A stretch of 64,000 nt of DNA, taken from positions 4,384,001 through 4,448,000 of the forward strand of contig OY730476.1 in assembly GCA_963422735.1 (NCBI GenBank), in the 5' to 3' direction. Made by a program: the position numbers and the translations under genes. The stretch comes from Candidatus Latescibacterota bacterium. GTDB lineage: Bacteria > Latescibacterota > UBA2968 > UBA8231. Shown here piece after piece: positions 37,340 to 46,596 of the stretch (positions within the stretch are counted from its first letter, which is position 1; the number at the start of each line of letters is the position of its first letter). The notes under the pieces are model-generated. The model made no database searches and had not been told where the DNA came from. It saw only the letters and a program-made list of their open reading frames with translations.

Positions 37340-38104
37340 ATGAGTGCCTTCCAACCCTACGCTTCTTTAGAACGCTATATTGGCCGCCGCCTCTTGGCGC
37401 TGCTGGCCGCGCTGGCCCTAACCGACCTTGTGATTTTGCTGAGCGCGTCGCTGAGCACCGCCTTGATGAGCACGGCTTCCGGGACCGACGTGGTCCGCGC
37501 CCGCGCTATTGAAATCCTCAACGACGAGGGGCAACCCGTGCTCGTAGCTACGGCCGATGAGCGCCAAAACGGTGCTTTGTGGGTCGGGGCTGGCAATGGC
37601 CAGGGCGGGGTTAGTCTCAGTACCGACGCAGCCGGCCAAGGCTTGCTCGTGGTCAACACGGCGTCCGGCGCGCCGCTGGTCTCGGTTGTAAGCAGCGACC
37701 AAGAGGGAGGCGCGTTACAGGTGTACAGCGCCGCGGGCGATCAGTTGGCGTATCTAGGCGCGAGTGAGATCGGTAGCGGCCACTTGGCCCTGCGGAGCGC
37801 GTCCGGCAATTTGCTAGTCGCCGCGGGTGAAGACGAGGGCAGCGGCCTACTGATGGCCAACAATGCCAAGGGCGTCAACGTCTTTCTCGCCGGAGCCGAT
37901 TCGTCGCAAAACGGCGGCCTGTTGATCAACAGCTACACCGGCGACAACCTGATCTACGCGGGTGCGGGTGCTGGCGGCCACGGCGGTTTGCACGTCAACG
38001 CCGCGAATGGAACCCACCTCGTCTTCTTGGGGGCCGACGCACAGCGCAACGGCGCGGTGGGGATTTGGGACCGCAATGGCGCGGGTCGAGTCTTGCAGGA
38101 GTAG
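37340..38104 (+). CDS. Hypothetical membrane-anchored Gly-rich repeat protein
   Basis: N-terminal hydrophobic helix, then repeated units of about 22 aa of type G-x-L-x-V-N-x-x-G-x-x-L-V-x-L-G-A-D. Confidence 0.7.
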   Translation: MSAFQPYASLERYIGRRLLALLAALALTDLVILLSASLSTALMSTASGTDVVRARAIEILNDEGQPVLVATADERQNGALWVGAGNGQGGVSLSTDAAGQGLLVVNTASGAPLVSVVSSDQEGGALQVYSAAGDQLAYLGASEIGSGHLALRSASGNLLVAAGEDEGSGLLMANNAKGVNVFLAGADSSQNGGLLINSYTGDNLIYAGAGAGGHGGLHVNAANGTHLVFLGADAQRNGAVGIWDRNGAGRVLQE

Positions 38105-38107
38105 CGT

Positions 38108-40501
38108 TTGAATCCACTGTGCAGAAGTGAGCAAACCACGGACTTTAGCGACCGACGCCTTGGGCGATCACCGCCGTCCGCGACCGTCTTCTGTGCGGTT
38201 GCCTGTGCCGTTCTCAGCGCGATTTGCTGGCTGCCTCTGGCGAGTGCCGACGAAATTCGCTTTGCCTCCCGCCGCGACTGGCAAGCCTGGCCGCTGCCCG
38301 GCACGGTTGAGTTGACCCCACAGGGTGCTCTCAAACCCGTCGCTATCCGCCGCGACATCAATGCCGCCCTCAATGCCGCGTCCTTTGGCGGCGGCATCCG
38401 CCGCGCTGGTTCCAACCTACGAGACGCGCCGCTGGTCATGGATGGCGACCGCTCCACTGGCTGGCATCCACATCTGGAAGATCCCCCCGCAAGCTGGACC
38501 CTTGAGGTCGATTTGGGCCGGGGCGTCTCCGCCCGCCGCGTCAAGCTGATCTTCGATCCTCAAGGCCCTGCTCCGTCGCTTTTTGACCTGCTGCTCTCCA
38601 CCGGCGAACACGCCGTTGACGAGGTCGATAATCCCATAGCTGGAACCGTCATCTACCGCTGGCGCGAGCGATTCAAGGAGAACGCCCGCCACGAGATTAC
38701 TTATGAACTCGACCAGCCTTTCCACACGCCAATCCAGTACGTGCGCTTGGACCTGCTCGCCCTCGAACCGAACACTCGTCTCCTCGAGATCGAGGTCGAA
38801 GCGCTGGGCGATAATCTGGCCTTGGGAATGCTCCAACGCGGCGGCAACCTCGAAGTGGTCCTCGACGCGTTCGTCACTCAAGACCTCATTCCGCTGGGCA
38901 ACGCCCAAGTGCTCATTGACGGCGATCTCTCCACCCGCTGGTTCGTGCGGCGCACCATCCAAGCCGAGCGCGATGTCTTTTCGCACATCATCCTCGACTT
39001 GGGTGCCACCTATTTTATCGACAAACTCAAAATCGTCGGCGGCGTAGTCGTCCGGCCCGGCGGCGGCATCACCGCTGGCAGCGGCCGAGTCATTGACTTC
39101 TTCATCACCCGGCGCTCCTTTGGGTTCAATTTCTACGAGGTGCTCGGTTCCGATGGCTCGGTGGCACCCGATGGCACCCTGATCTGGCAGAAGTACTATT
39201 CTGGCACTGCCAGCCAACACGTCAAAGAAGTAACCGGGGCCGCCACCCACGAGTTCGGGCTGGTACCCACTCGCTTTATCCGGGTGCTGTGGAAGAGCTG
39301 GGACGCGAGCAATCGCTGGGTCTTCCGGGGCTTTGCCGAGGAGCTTCAGGTGTTCGGCGAGGGCTTTCCGCAGAACCTAAAATTTCGCTCGCACATCATG
39401 GACTTCCACAGCCCCAAAAGCCTCAACGCCCTAACTTGGGAGGCCGACATCCCGCCGGGCACCCGACTGGAACTACGCAGCCGCTCCGGCAACGAAGTCG
39501 AAAACCTGCTCACCTATCGCGACAAAAACGGCAAGCAAGTCTCCAAGAGGCGCTATGACAAGCTGATTCCCAGCTTCAAAGGACCTATCGACACTTCCCA
39601 GGTCATCGGCGACGACTGGAGCGCGTGGAGCAAGCTCTACGCCTTCTCCGGCCAAGGGTTCCAGTCGCCCTCGCCGCGGCGCTACGCTCAGCTACAGATG
39701 CGGATGATCACCGCAGACCCATCGGTGGCACTCCAACTCGACGCGCTCAGCATTGCCTTCAGCGACCCTTTATCCCAACGCGCTGTGAGCGAAATTTTCC
39801 CGACCGAGGTTCTGCCGGGCGAGGAAACCGAGTTCCGCTTCTTCTTGCGCCCGCGTGGGACTAGGGCCTCCGGGTTCGACCGCCTCGTCTTGGAGACGCC
39901 GACGCCGACGCGCTTTATTCGCGCCTTGGTCAACGACGCGTCCTTAGAGGTCGCAGATCAGCCGGTCGAAGCTGGCTTTGCGGTGACCTTTCCCCAGCCC
40001 CTGCGCGACGACGATCTCGTCGAATTGCGCTTTGCCGCCCGGGTCTTCCAGCAGTCCACCCCCTTCGTCCTTTCTATCCAAGACGCTCGCACCGAGGACG
40101 CCAGCCGCCAGCGCGTCGATCCCGGGGATGCTACCGACCAAGTCGCCAGCAGCACCAACGTCGTCGGCCTTCCCGTCGCCCGCGACCTTCTGCTCAACAT
40201 CGTCTTCGACACTGAGGTGCTGACGCCCAACGGCGACGGCGTAAACGACGCATTAGCCATCCGCGCCGACGTGATCAACATCCTCGAACCGCGCCCTTGG
40301 CACCTGCGGCTCTACGACTTGGCCGGCCATGCGCTCGTCGAGCACTCCCAAGCTGTTACTGCGGGTGCCCAGCACTTCACTTGGGATGGCCGCGACCAAG
40401 CAGGACAACTGATGCCGCCCGGCCTCTACGTGCTCGAAATCCACCTCGATGGAGACGCGCATCAGCAGCGCGTCCGGCGCGTGGTCTCAGTGGTCTATTG
40501 A
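38108..40501 (+). CDS. Large secreted protein with discoidin-like segments and FlgD-type C-terminus
   Basis: Signal ending ASA; DGDRSTGW..EVDLGR, IDGDLSTRW..LDLG; TPNGDGVND, WDGRD..PPGLY; true start may be downstream. Confidence 0.8.
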   Translation: MNPLCRSEQTTDFSDRRLGRSPPSATVFCAVACAVLSAICWLPLASADEIRFASRRDWQAWPLPGTVELTPQGALKPVAIRRDINAALNAASFGGGIRRAGSNLRDAPLVMDGDRSTGWHPHLEDPPASWTLEVDLGRGVSARRVKLIFDPQGPAPSLFDLLLSTGEHAVDEVDNPIAGTVIYRWRERFKENARHEITYELDQPFHTPIQYVRLDLLALEPNTRLLEIEVEALGDNLALGMLQRGGNLEVVLDAFVTQDLIPLGNAQVLIDGDLSTRWFVRRTIQAERDVFSHIILDLGATYFIDKLKIVGGVVVRPGGGITAGSGRVIDFFITRRSFGFNFYEVLGSDGSVAPDGTLIWQKYYSGTASQHVKEVTGAATHEFGLVPTRFIRVLWKSWDASNRWVFRGFAEELQVFGEGFPQNLKFRSHIMDFHSPKSLNALTWEADIPPGTRLELRSRSGNEVENLLTYRDKNGKQVSKRRYDKLIPSFKGPIDTSQVIGDDWSAWSKLYAFSGQGFQSPSPRRYAQLQMRMITADPSVALQLDALSIAFSDPLSQRAVSEIFPTEVLPGEETEFRFFLRPRGTRASGFDRLVLETPTPTRFIRALVNDASLEVADQPVEAGFAVTFPQPLRDDDLVELRFAARVFQQSTPFVLSIQDARTEDASRQRVDPGDATDQVASSTNVVGLPVARDLLLNIVFDTEVLTPNGDGVNDALAIRADVINILEPRPWHLRLYDLAGHALVEHSQAVTAGAQHFTWDGRDQAGQLMPPGLYVLEIHLDGDAHQQRVRRVVSVVY

Positions 40502-40543
40502 AGCTCTATTCTGGCGAATAGGTAGGCACTAATCTGCGTGATC

Positions 40544-40770
40544 GTGAGCCACTGCCCGGCACCCAAAGGGCCGGGGTTGATACTAAACCGCAGAGAAGGG
40601 AAGGACTGTTTGATCAGTGATCCGTTCCATCCGCCCCCTTGGCGGTGGGTACCCGGCGACGGGCCCCGGAACATTGACGCGGGGGACCGCGCGGGCCCGG
40701 ACGAGGGCTACGGGCCAGCCGAGTGAAACTGAAACCTGAATTCCCAACCGTAAACTAGGAAATTCCGTGG
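40544..40770 (+). ncRNA. Putative HEARO/IscB omega-RNA-like structured RNA or non-autonomous IS200/IS605 derivative
   Basis: 5' hairpin CCCGGC-acccaaagg-GCCGGG; GTTCC (40624)/GGAAC (40668) pairing; CCCG-GCGA-CGGG GNRA hairpin; AACATTGACGCGGGGGA motif; GGCCCG/CGGGCC hairpin. Confidence 0.5.
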
Positions 40771-41100
40771 GACGAAAATGTACATGGAATCGTCTTACGG
40801 GAGTGCATGGCTTAGAGGTTTGTTCGTAGGAGCCCACCTAAACAAAAATTTCATGGTAAGCGTTAGATTTGCTCCCTCCGTTTACAAAATCCACCACAGA
40901 TACGGGGATGAAGAGAGAAATAGTTTATTCATTAGTAAGCCAAATCTGGGAAGGGATGACTGCGGCATTACCAATCGCCAGCAGTACGGCAACAGAGGTG
41001 AGGAACGGACTGGTTCGCCAAATAAACGCCAGCAAACGTGGCAGGAGACTCACAAGGGTAGATAGCCGACTTATCCGTCACTCACACCTAATGACCGCCC

Positions 41101-43064
41101 TCAGTACAAGTAGCAGTCGGCGACGCATTGGACGATCTCCGCCACGGTCGTCTCCGTGCCCTTAATAGCATCGTGTACCCGGTAGTGCCACGGCTCACTC
41201 CCCAACCCAGCGCGCCAATCTCGAATGGCCTCGATATTGTCCTCGCCCGCCTTTTGCAACTGATTGAGACGGCCGCGCACCAGAGCTTGATTTTCCACAT
41301 CCGCTAGGTCGAGAGTGGCCATTTGTTCGGCGACCCAATAGACGCCGCGTGCCAATTCCACATAGGACTGCACTACCCGCGTCTCGTGGGCCAGATCCGC
41401 TTCCCCAAGCCCCTCGACAATTTTCAAGGCCCGGTCGCAGATCGCGGCTTTGGCGTCGAAGTCTTCGACCGTGAGATAATAGCGGAACATGCCCTCGCCC
41501 AAATAGGGCCGCTGCCGCTGCCGCACCATCTGTGCGGCTTTGCCCCAAGAATAGCATATCGGGAAATCGGAATCGTACACGTCGAATTCCACCGGCCCCA
41601 TCAAGGTGGCCCACTCGGCCACAGCCTCTGGATGGGCATAGCCTTCCTGCCGGGCCCATGCCAAGGCGAATTCCGCCTCGTCGCGGCCTTGCGCGTTCCA
41701 AGTCCACTCGGCCAAGGCGTGGATATGAAGCTGCAAATCTGGCGCTCTGGACCGCCCCACGCCATCATGCCATAAGCCCCACTATAGCCCCGCCGCACCA
41801 GTTGGCCGATGTAGTCCCGCAAGCGGTGGGCCGAGCGCTGCGGCACCTTGAACTCGGGCGTATCCACTTTGCCGTTGGCCGCAATAGGCACATCGTAACT
41901 GGCGATCCAGCGCCCTTCAGCCGCATAGTGGTCCAGCAGCGGATTGGCCATTAAATCGCGAGGCCGATGCAGTACGCGCTCCAACTCGGTGGCGCAGGCC
42001 CGCTCAATTTTTACCTCTGGCGGCAATTCGTCCAGCACTCGATAGTTGTGCACGGTGGTGGTGGTCGATAAAAAGATGCGAATCTGCAAATTGGGATAGT
42101 GCTTTTGGGCCCGCCGCCAAGCCGCGACAAAAGCCCGCGCCTCCAGTGCGAACTGCCCCACCGCAGTGCATTCCAGACAGCCGCACTGCCCCGGCCGTTC
42201 GCTCAACCAGCAGCTTATTTCCCCGGCCCCCTGCCCGGCGATATCCTCCATCCACTCTTGCAGAATTTGCACCAATAGCGGCTGCGAAGCGCAGGGAACC
42301 CGGTGCTGATTGCCTGCCTTGTGGGCGAAATAGCGCCCGGTCAAAGCCCCATCTTTCTTGCCAGCTAGTTCGGGATAGGCCCTGAAAAGGCCGCAGTCGT
42401 GCAGGAAGTTGAGGTGCAGGATATAGGGTAGATAATTGAAAGCCCGCTGCCGCGCTGCTTCGAACTGTTCCCGGTCGATAGTGGCCCGGTTGCGCTGACC
42501 GCGTTCAATGGGGTGCAGTTGCGTCGAGGCCATTTTGCCGTAGTTCAATTTGAGCTTGGCCAGCCACGGGATCCAAGTTTCGGGCTCGGGAAAATTCCAC
42601 AGGCCCCGCTCGTCCACATCGGGCCAGTCGATCACCTGTGCTAGGGGGATGTGCACCTGCTCCCGGCTCATTTCGGGCTCGAGCAATTGGAAAAGGGTCC
42701 GGCAGGCGTAGTACGCGCCGCGCTCGTCTGAGCTTGTCAGCACCAGCCCGTTTCGCCCCCGTGGCTCAATGAGGTATGCTTGGGCTTTATTCTTTAAGCT
42801 CTGGAGCCGTTCAATGGCCCCGCTGTTCGCCGGAGCCACGCCAATATCGATGGTAAAGGCCTCACCGTTTGGCTTTGCTTTTCCCTTTTCAATGAACAGT
42901 GCTTCCAACTCGGCGGCACCCTGCTGCTCGATTAGCCCCGCGTGCTCCCGCAGCGCAATGCCCACTTCGCCCGGCCTACAGCGGACACTGTCGGCAATGC
43001 GAATCTCGTGAGGCAAGGGCAGCAGATAGGATGTCCACAATTGCATTGGCTTAGCCTCAGTCAT
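41101..43064 (-). pseudogene. Glycoside hydrolase family 20 zincin-like-domain protein, single frameshift
   Basis: LLPLPHEI, AQAYLI, GAYYACRTLFQL, IDWPDVDERGLW; one missing base near 41726 would join QICSF(N) to IHALAEWTWN. Confidence 0.75.
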
Positions 43065-43902
43065 GCGAACTCCTTTGCTTGCGCAGCCTTTTCGGCGGGG
43101 TGGCCGATACGCCTTCCATGCCGCCGCTGACGCGGAGCACTTCGCCGGTGATCCAAGACGCGGCCGGGCTACACAAGAAGGCCACGCCTTGGGCAATATC
43201 CTCGGGCTCGCCCCAGCGTCCCAAGGGAATGGCCGCGCGAATGCGCTCGATCATTTCTTCTTCGGATAGCCCTAAGGTGACGCGGCGTTGGGTCATATTG
43301 CGCTGGTTGAATTCCGTGTACACCGGCCCCGGACACACGGCATTGACTCGCACGCTGTACGCGGCCAACTCCAGCGCCAAGGTCCGGGTGAGACTGATGA
43401 TACCGGCCTTGGCCACATTGTACGCAGCGACCAAGGCGGCCGGATTCTGGCCATTGATCGAGGAGATATTGACGATGCAGCCGGCCTCCTGTTCCTCCAT
43501 GATGCGCCCGGCGGCGCGGCAGCAGTAAAATGCCCCGGTTAGGGTGGCATCCAGCACCCGGTGCCACTCGGCGTCCTCCAGTTCGACCACCGGAGCCACC
43601 TGTTGGCCAGTGCCGGCGTTGTTGATTAGGATGTCCACTCGCTCCTCTTCGGCGACTAGCTCGGCGAAAAAGGATGTTACCGCAGTGCTGTCGGTTATAT
43701 CGAGTGCTACGGCCCGCACGGTTAGGCCCTCGTCGTGGAGCTTCGCGGCCTCCTCACGCGCCTTATCCTCCTGCCGGTCGGCGATGACCACGTTGGCCCC
43801 GTCACTGGCCAATTGCCGGGCGATCCCCAGCCCCAAGCCTTGGGCACCGCCCGTGACGACGGCGATTTGCTGGTCCAGTAGAAGGTTTTCAAGCTGATTC
43901 AT
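43057..43902 (-). CDS. Short-chain dehydrogenase/reductase
   Basis: TGGAQGLG, NNAG, YNVAK and VNAVCPG motifs. Confidence 0.93.
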   Translation of the reverse strand: MNQLENLLLDQQIAVVTGGAQGLGLGIARQLASDGANVVIADRQEDKAREEAAKLHDEGLTVRAVALDITDSTAVTSFFAELVAEEERVDILINNAGTGQQVAPVVELEDAEWHRVLDATLTGAFYCCRAAGRIMEEQEAGCIVNISSINGQNPAALVAAYNVAKAGIISLTRTLALELAAYSVRVNAVCPGPVYTEFNQRNMTQRRVTLGLSEEEMIERIRAAIPLGRWGEPEDIAQGVAFLCSPAASWITGEVLRVSGGMEGVSATPPKRLRKQRSSHD

Positions 43903-43932
43903 CGGATAACCTCATATCGGTTTAGGAACGAC

Positions 43933-44466
43933 TCAGGATTTTCTCTTGAAGAAAAATCTCACAACATCGCGTTCTTCTAAGACGACGTTATATAGATCGT
44001 AAACTTCCGCATCGAGATCTTCCGCTTGTCTGAGACCTGCTAGGAGCTGTTCCTTTGCAAATATAAATGTTAGGTCATCTCCATCTAGGAAGTACCCTAA
44101 TCTCGTGCTGTTGCCACCCGCGTCGGTGGTGATGAAAGTGCCGTCCTGAATGCGCCATGTTCCTTTATTACCACTGTTGTCCTTCCATGTATTGTCCGCA
44201 TTATAGCGAATTATTTCGCGAAAGTCTCTAACATACTCTTCAGTACTGGCAACCGCTTCATCAATATATGCCTTAGCGTCTGTCCGGCTCACTCCTTGCG
44301 CGACGAGGAGGTTTTCGAGTCGCAGGGCTAGAATATCGATTAAATCCGTCCCTTCAAATACCCATGTGCCAACGAGATCATTTTCAGGTCCAGTAGGTTC
44401 AGTACCACAGGCGGTTACCCCAACTCCTAAGATAAGGGCCATACTCGCGGCTAACAGCCGTTTCAT
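43933..44466 (-). CDS. Hypothetical lipoprotein (lipocalin-like)
   Basis: Lipobox VTAC, LVGTW and GTW strands; AT-richer than flanks. Confidence 0.7.
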   Translation of the reverse strand: MKRLLAASMALILGVGVTACGTEPTGPENDLVGTWVFEGTDLIDILALRLENLLVAQGVSRTDAKAYIDEAVASTEEYVRDFREIIRYNADNTWKDNSGNKGTWRIQDGTFITTDAGGNSTRLGYFLDGDDLTFIFAKEQLLAGLRQAEDLDAEVYDLYNVVLEERDVVRFFFKRKS

Positions 44467-44546
44467 GGCTTAGCTCCATGTTTTAGAAAACCTGATTTAT
44501 CCGATGCGGTTGGTCTGGCCGGCCTGTTGCCAAACAACATAAGCAG

Positions 44547-45635
44547 CTACAGCCCATAATTTTTCGCCGTCGCGCCGCATATCTGCATGATGGCGTCGCG
44601 CTCGGCTGTGCTGAACGCCGCTTCGTATTGGGGCTGATACGCAACTTGCTCGGCCCAACCCTGCACCCACGCCTCGTCAGCGTCCAAGTTGCAAAACGCT
44701 AGGATGTCTGTAATTTTTTGCTCGGCTGCCGCGCACAAGTGCTCAAACGGCACCACCAAACAGCGCGTCTTAAGCTCGGTGTGCTGCAGCACCGCCTCGT
44801 AGGTCCAAGCGTATATCGCATTCCAGTATTCAGCCCACCCTTCGACATTGCACCCTGCGCCCCACAGCGTTTGGATGTGCTGAGTCTTCTCCGCGTTGAT
44901 GGTGATGGGGATGCGCTCGTGGCCAAACTCGAAGTGGCCGGCGTTTCGCAGGTACTGGCGGTGAATTGGGGATGAGAAGTGGGCCAAGTTGCGCTGATGC
45001 TGGCGCGCCATGGACGCGATGTGCGCGACCGGATGGCGCACCGCGATGACAAAGCGTACGTCCTCGTACAGCTTGGCCAGATACGCGATCCGCGTGATAT
45101 TGTAGTTGTTTTTGCAGACGATGCGCTCGGCGTTGCGGCACAGCAAAAGCTTCGCCAAGGTCGCCGCGTAGAAAGCCTCAAACTCCGGGTGGCTGGTTTG
45201 CCGTTCAACTGCGTTGTTCACCGCCGGGTCGTGCAGGTAATCGAAAAACTGCATCCATAGGATTTCTTCCATGGCTTCTGGACTGTATGCGTTGACCATC
45301 ACGCCGTCGGCATGGGCCCGCTCTTGTTTGTGCGCCGCGCCCAATCTGGCAGCGCGGAAGATGCGGTCGGCCCAAAACGGCGTGAATGCGCCGTAGTAAT
45401 CGCAGTATTTGAACGAGGTCAGGCGCGGGTGGGACGCCAGTATGTTCAGCAGCAGAGTCGTGCCGGCGCGGGCCAAGCCCGTGATGTAAATGGGTGCTTC
45501 TACCGCCCGGCCTGCCAACCGCCCCTTGAGCAGCCGCGTCTCCAGCTTGCCCACGTCAATCCAAAGGTTCGGATGTGCATGCACCAGCCAGCCGACAAAA
45601 CGCATCAGCCGCGTTTGATTAAAATCCGTTTTCAT
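44547..45635 (-). CDS. PAPS-dependent sulfotransferase
   Basis: 5'-PSB loop PIYITGLARAGTTLL, KNNY, 3'-PB motif VRHP..HIAS. Confidence 0.9.
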   Translation of the reverse strand: MKTDFNQTRLMRFVGWLVHAHPNLWIDVGKLETRLLKGRLAGRAVEAPIYITGLARAGTTLLLNILASHPRLTSFKYCDYYGAFTPFWADRIFRAARLGAAHKQERAHADGVMVNAYSPEAMEEILWMQFFDYLHDPAVNNAVERQTSHPEFEAFYAATLAKLLLCRNAERIVCKNNYNITRIAYLAKLYEDVRFVIAVRHPVAHIASMARQHQRNLAHFSSPIHRQYLRNAGHFEFGHERIPITINAEKTQHIQTLWGAGCNVEGWAEYWNAIYAWTYEAVLQHTELKTRCLVVPFEHLCAAAEQKITDILAFCNLDADEAWVQGWAEQVAYQPQYEAAFSTAERDAIMQICGATAKNYGL

Positions 45636-46021
45636 AGCTTATTGAAAGGTCTGTGGGGGAGTATTCACAGTATAGTAAAATAGCTTGTAACTTTCGACGA
45701 GGGGATCGTGAAAAGTACCGAAACGAATACCACGATTGGCGCACTGATTGAACGGCTTGAACAGACCGGGAAACCCTTGGCGACCAAGGTTAGGGCCTTC
45801 ATTCTTATAGAAGACGCAGAGCCGGATCAGCCCCGAGAAGATATGACGCGAGGCTTGTAATCTCTTACAAAGGAACTTGACCACGAGCGAGCTTGGGGAG
45901 TGGGATGTTCCCAATCGCCGACTACGAAGTGGGGAAGATAGATGGTGATTGGCCAAGAGCAAACACATGGAACTGGAACAAGGCCGGTTGGAAGGTATCC
46001 CGAAACAGGTCGTAGCTCGTC

Positions 46022-46573
46022 TTGACAGCCTCAATAATACAATCACTGAACGGCATTCCAATCCGGCTTACCTCTGAACGCTGGGTCCATATTACTGAAG
46101 AGCACTGCGAACTCGCCGCCATCAGCCAGTTCGACCTGCTACGGATTTACTTTTTTTTCGTGCTCATTCCCAACGCTGTCCACGAGGAGGTCGTCCGAGC
46201 AGGCGACGAGCAGCACGGCGCATTGGAAACGCGAGCCGGCGTTGAGGAGGGCTGGATTGCGGTCGTAGATACCACCAGTGATCCGCGTATTGCCTTCCTG
46301 CTGGATCAAGGTATGACGCCAACGGATGCTCACGTCGTTGTCCTAGCACAAAAGCGACAAGCAGACCTACTCATCGCGGATGATGCGATGGTACGCGAGC
46401 AAACCCAATCTCTGGGACTGCCGCTATCAGGCACCCTCGGCATCCTGCTGAACGCCCAACGAGACGGTCACCTACCCGATCTAAAGGGGATGCTGGATCA
46501 ACTCATTGCTGCCGGATTCTATCTTCAGCCCAACGGCCCATTCTACAAAGACTTATTGCGACATGCTGTGTGA
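46022..46573 (+). pseudogene. Chimeric ORF: N-terminus of a small toxin-like gene fused to a decapitated DUF3368 PIN-domain gene
   Basis: NGIPIRLTSERWVHITEEHCEL joined to AISQFDLL..IPNAVHEEV..LLIADD..GTLGILL; the PIN N-terminal V-x-[ND]-x-x-P strand is missing. Confidence 0.6.
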
Positions 46574-46596
46574 ACGCATAATACTCTAACTAGCCC

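Noticed and set aside
40538-40726. 62-aa ORF over the structured element
   Set aside because: Pro/Gly-rich with no RBS or motif; the sequence is better explained by base-paired RNA structure.
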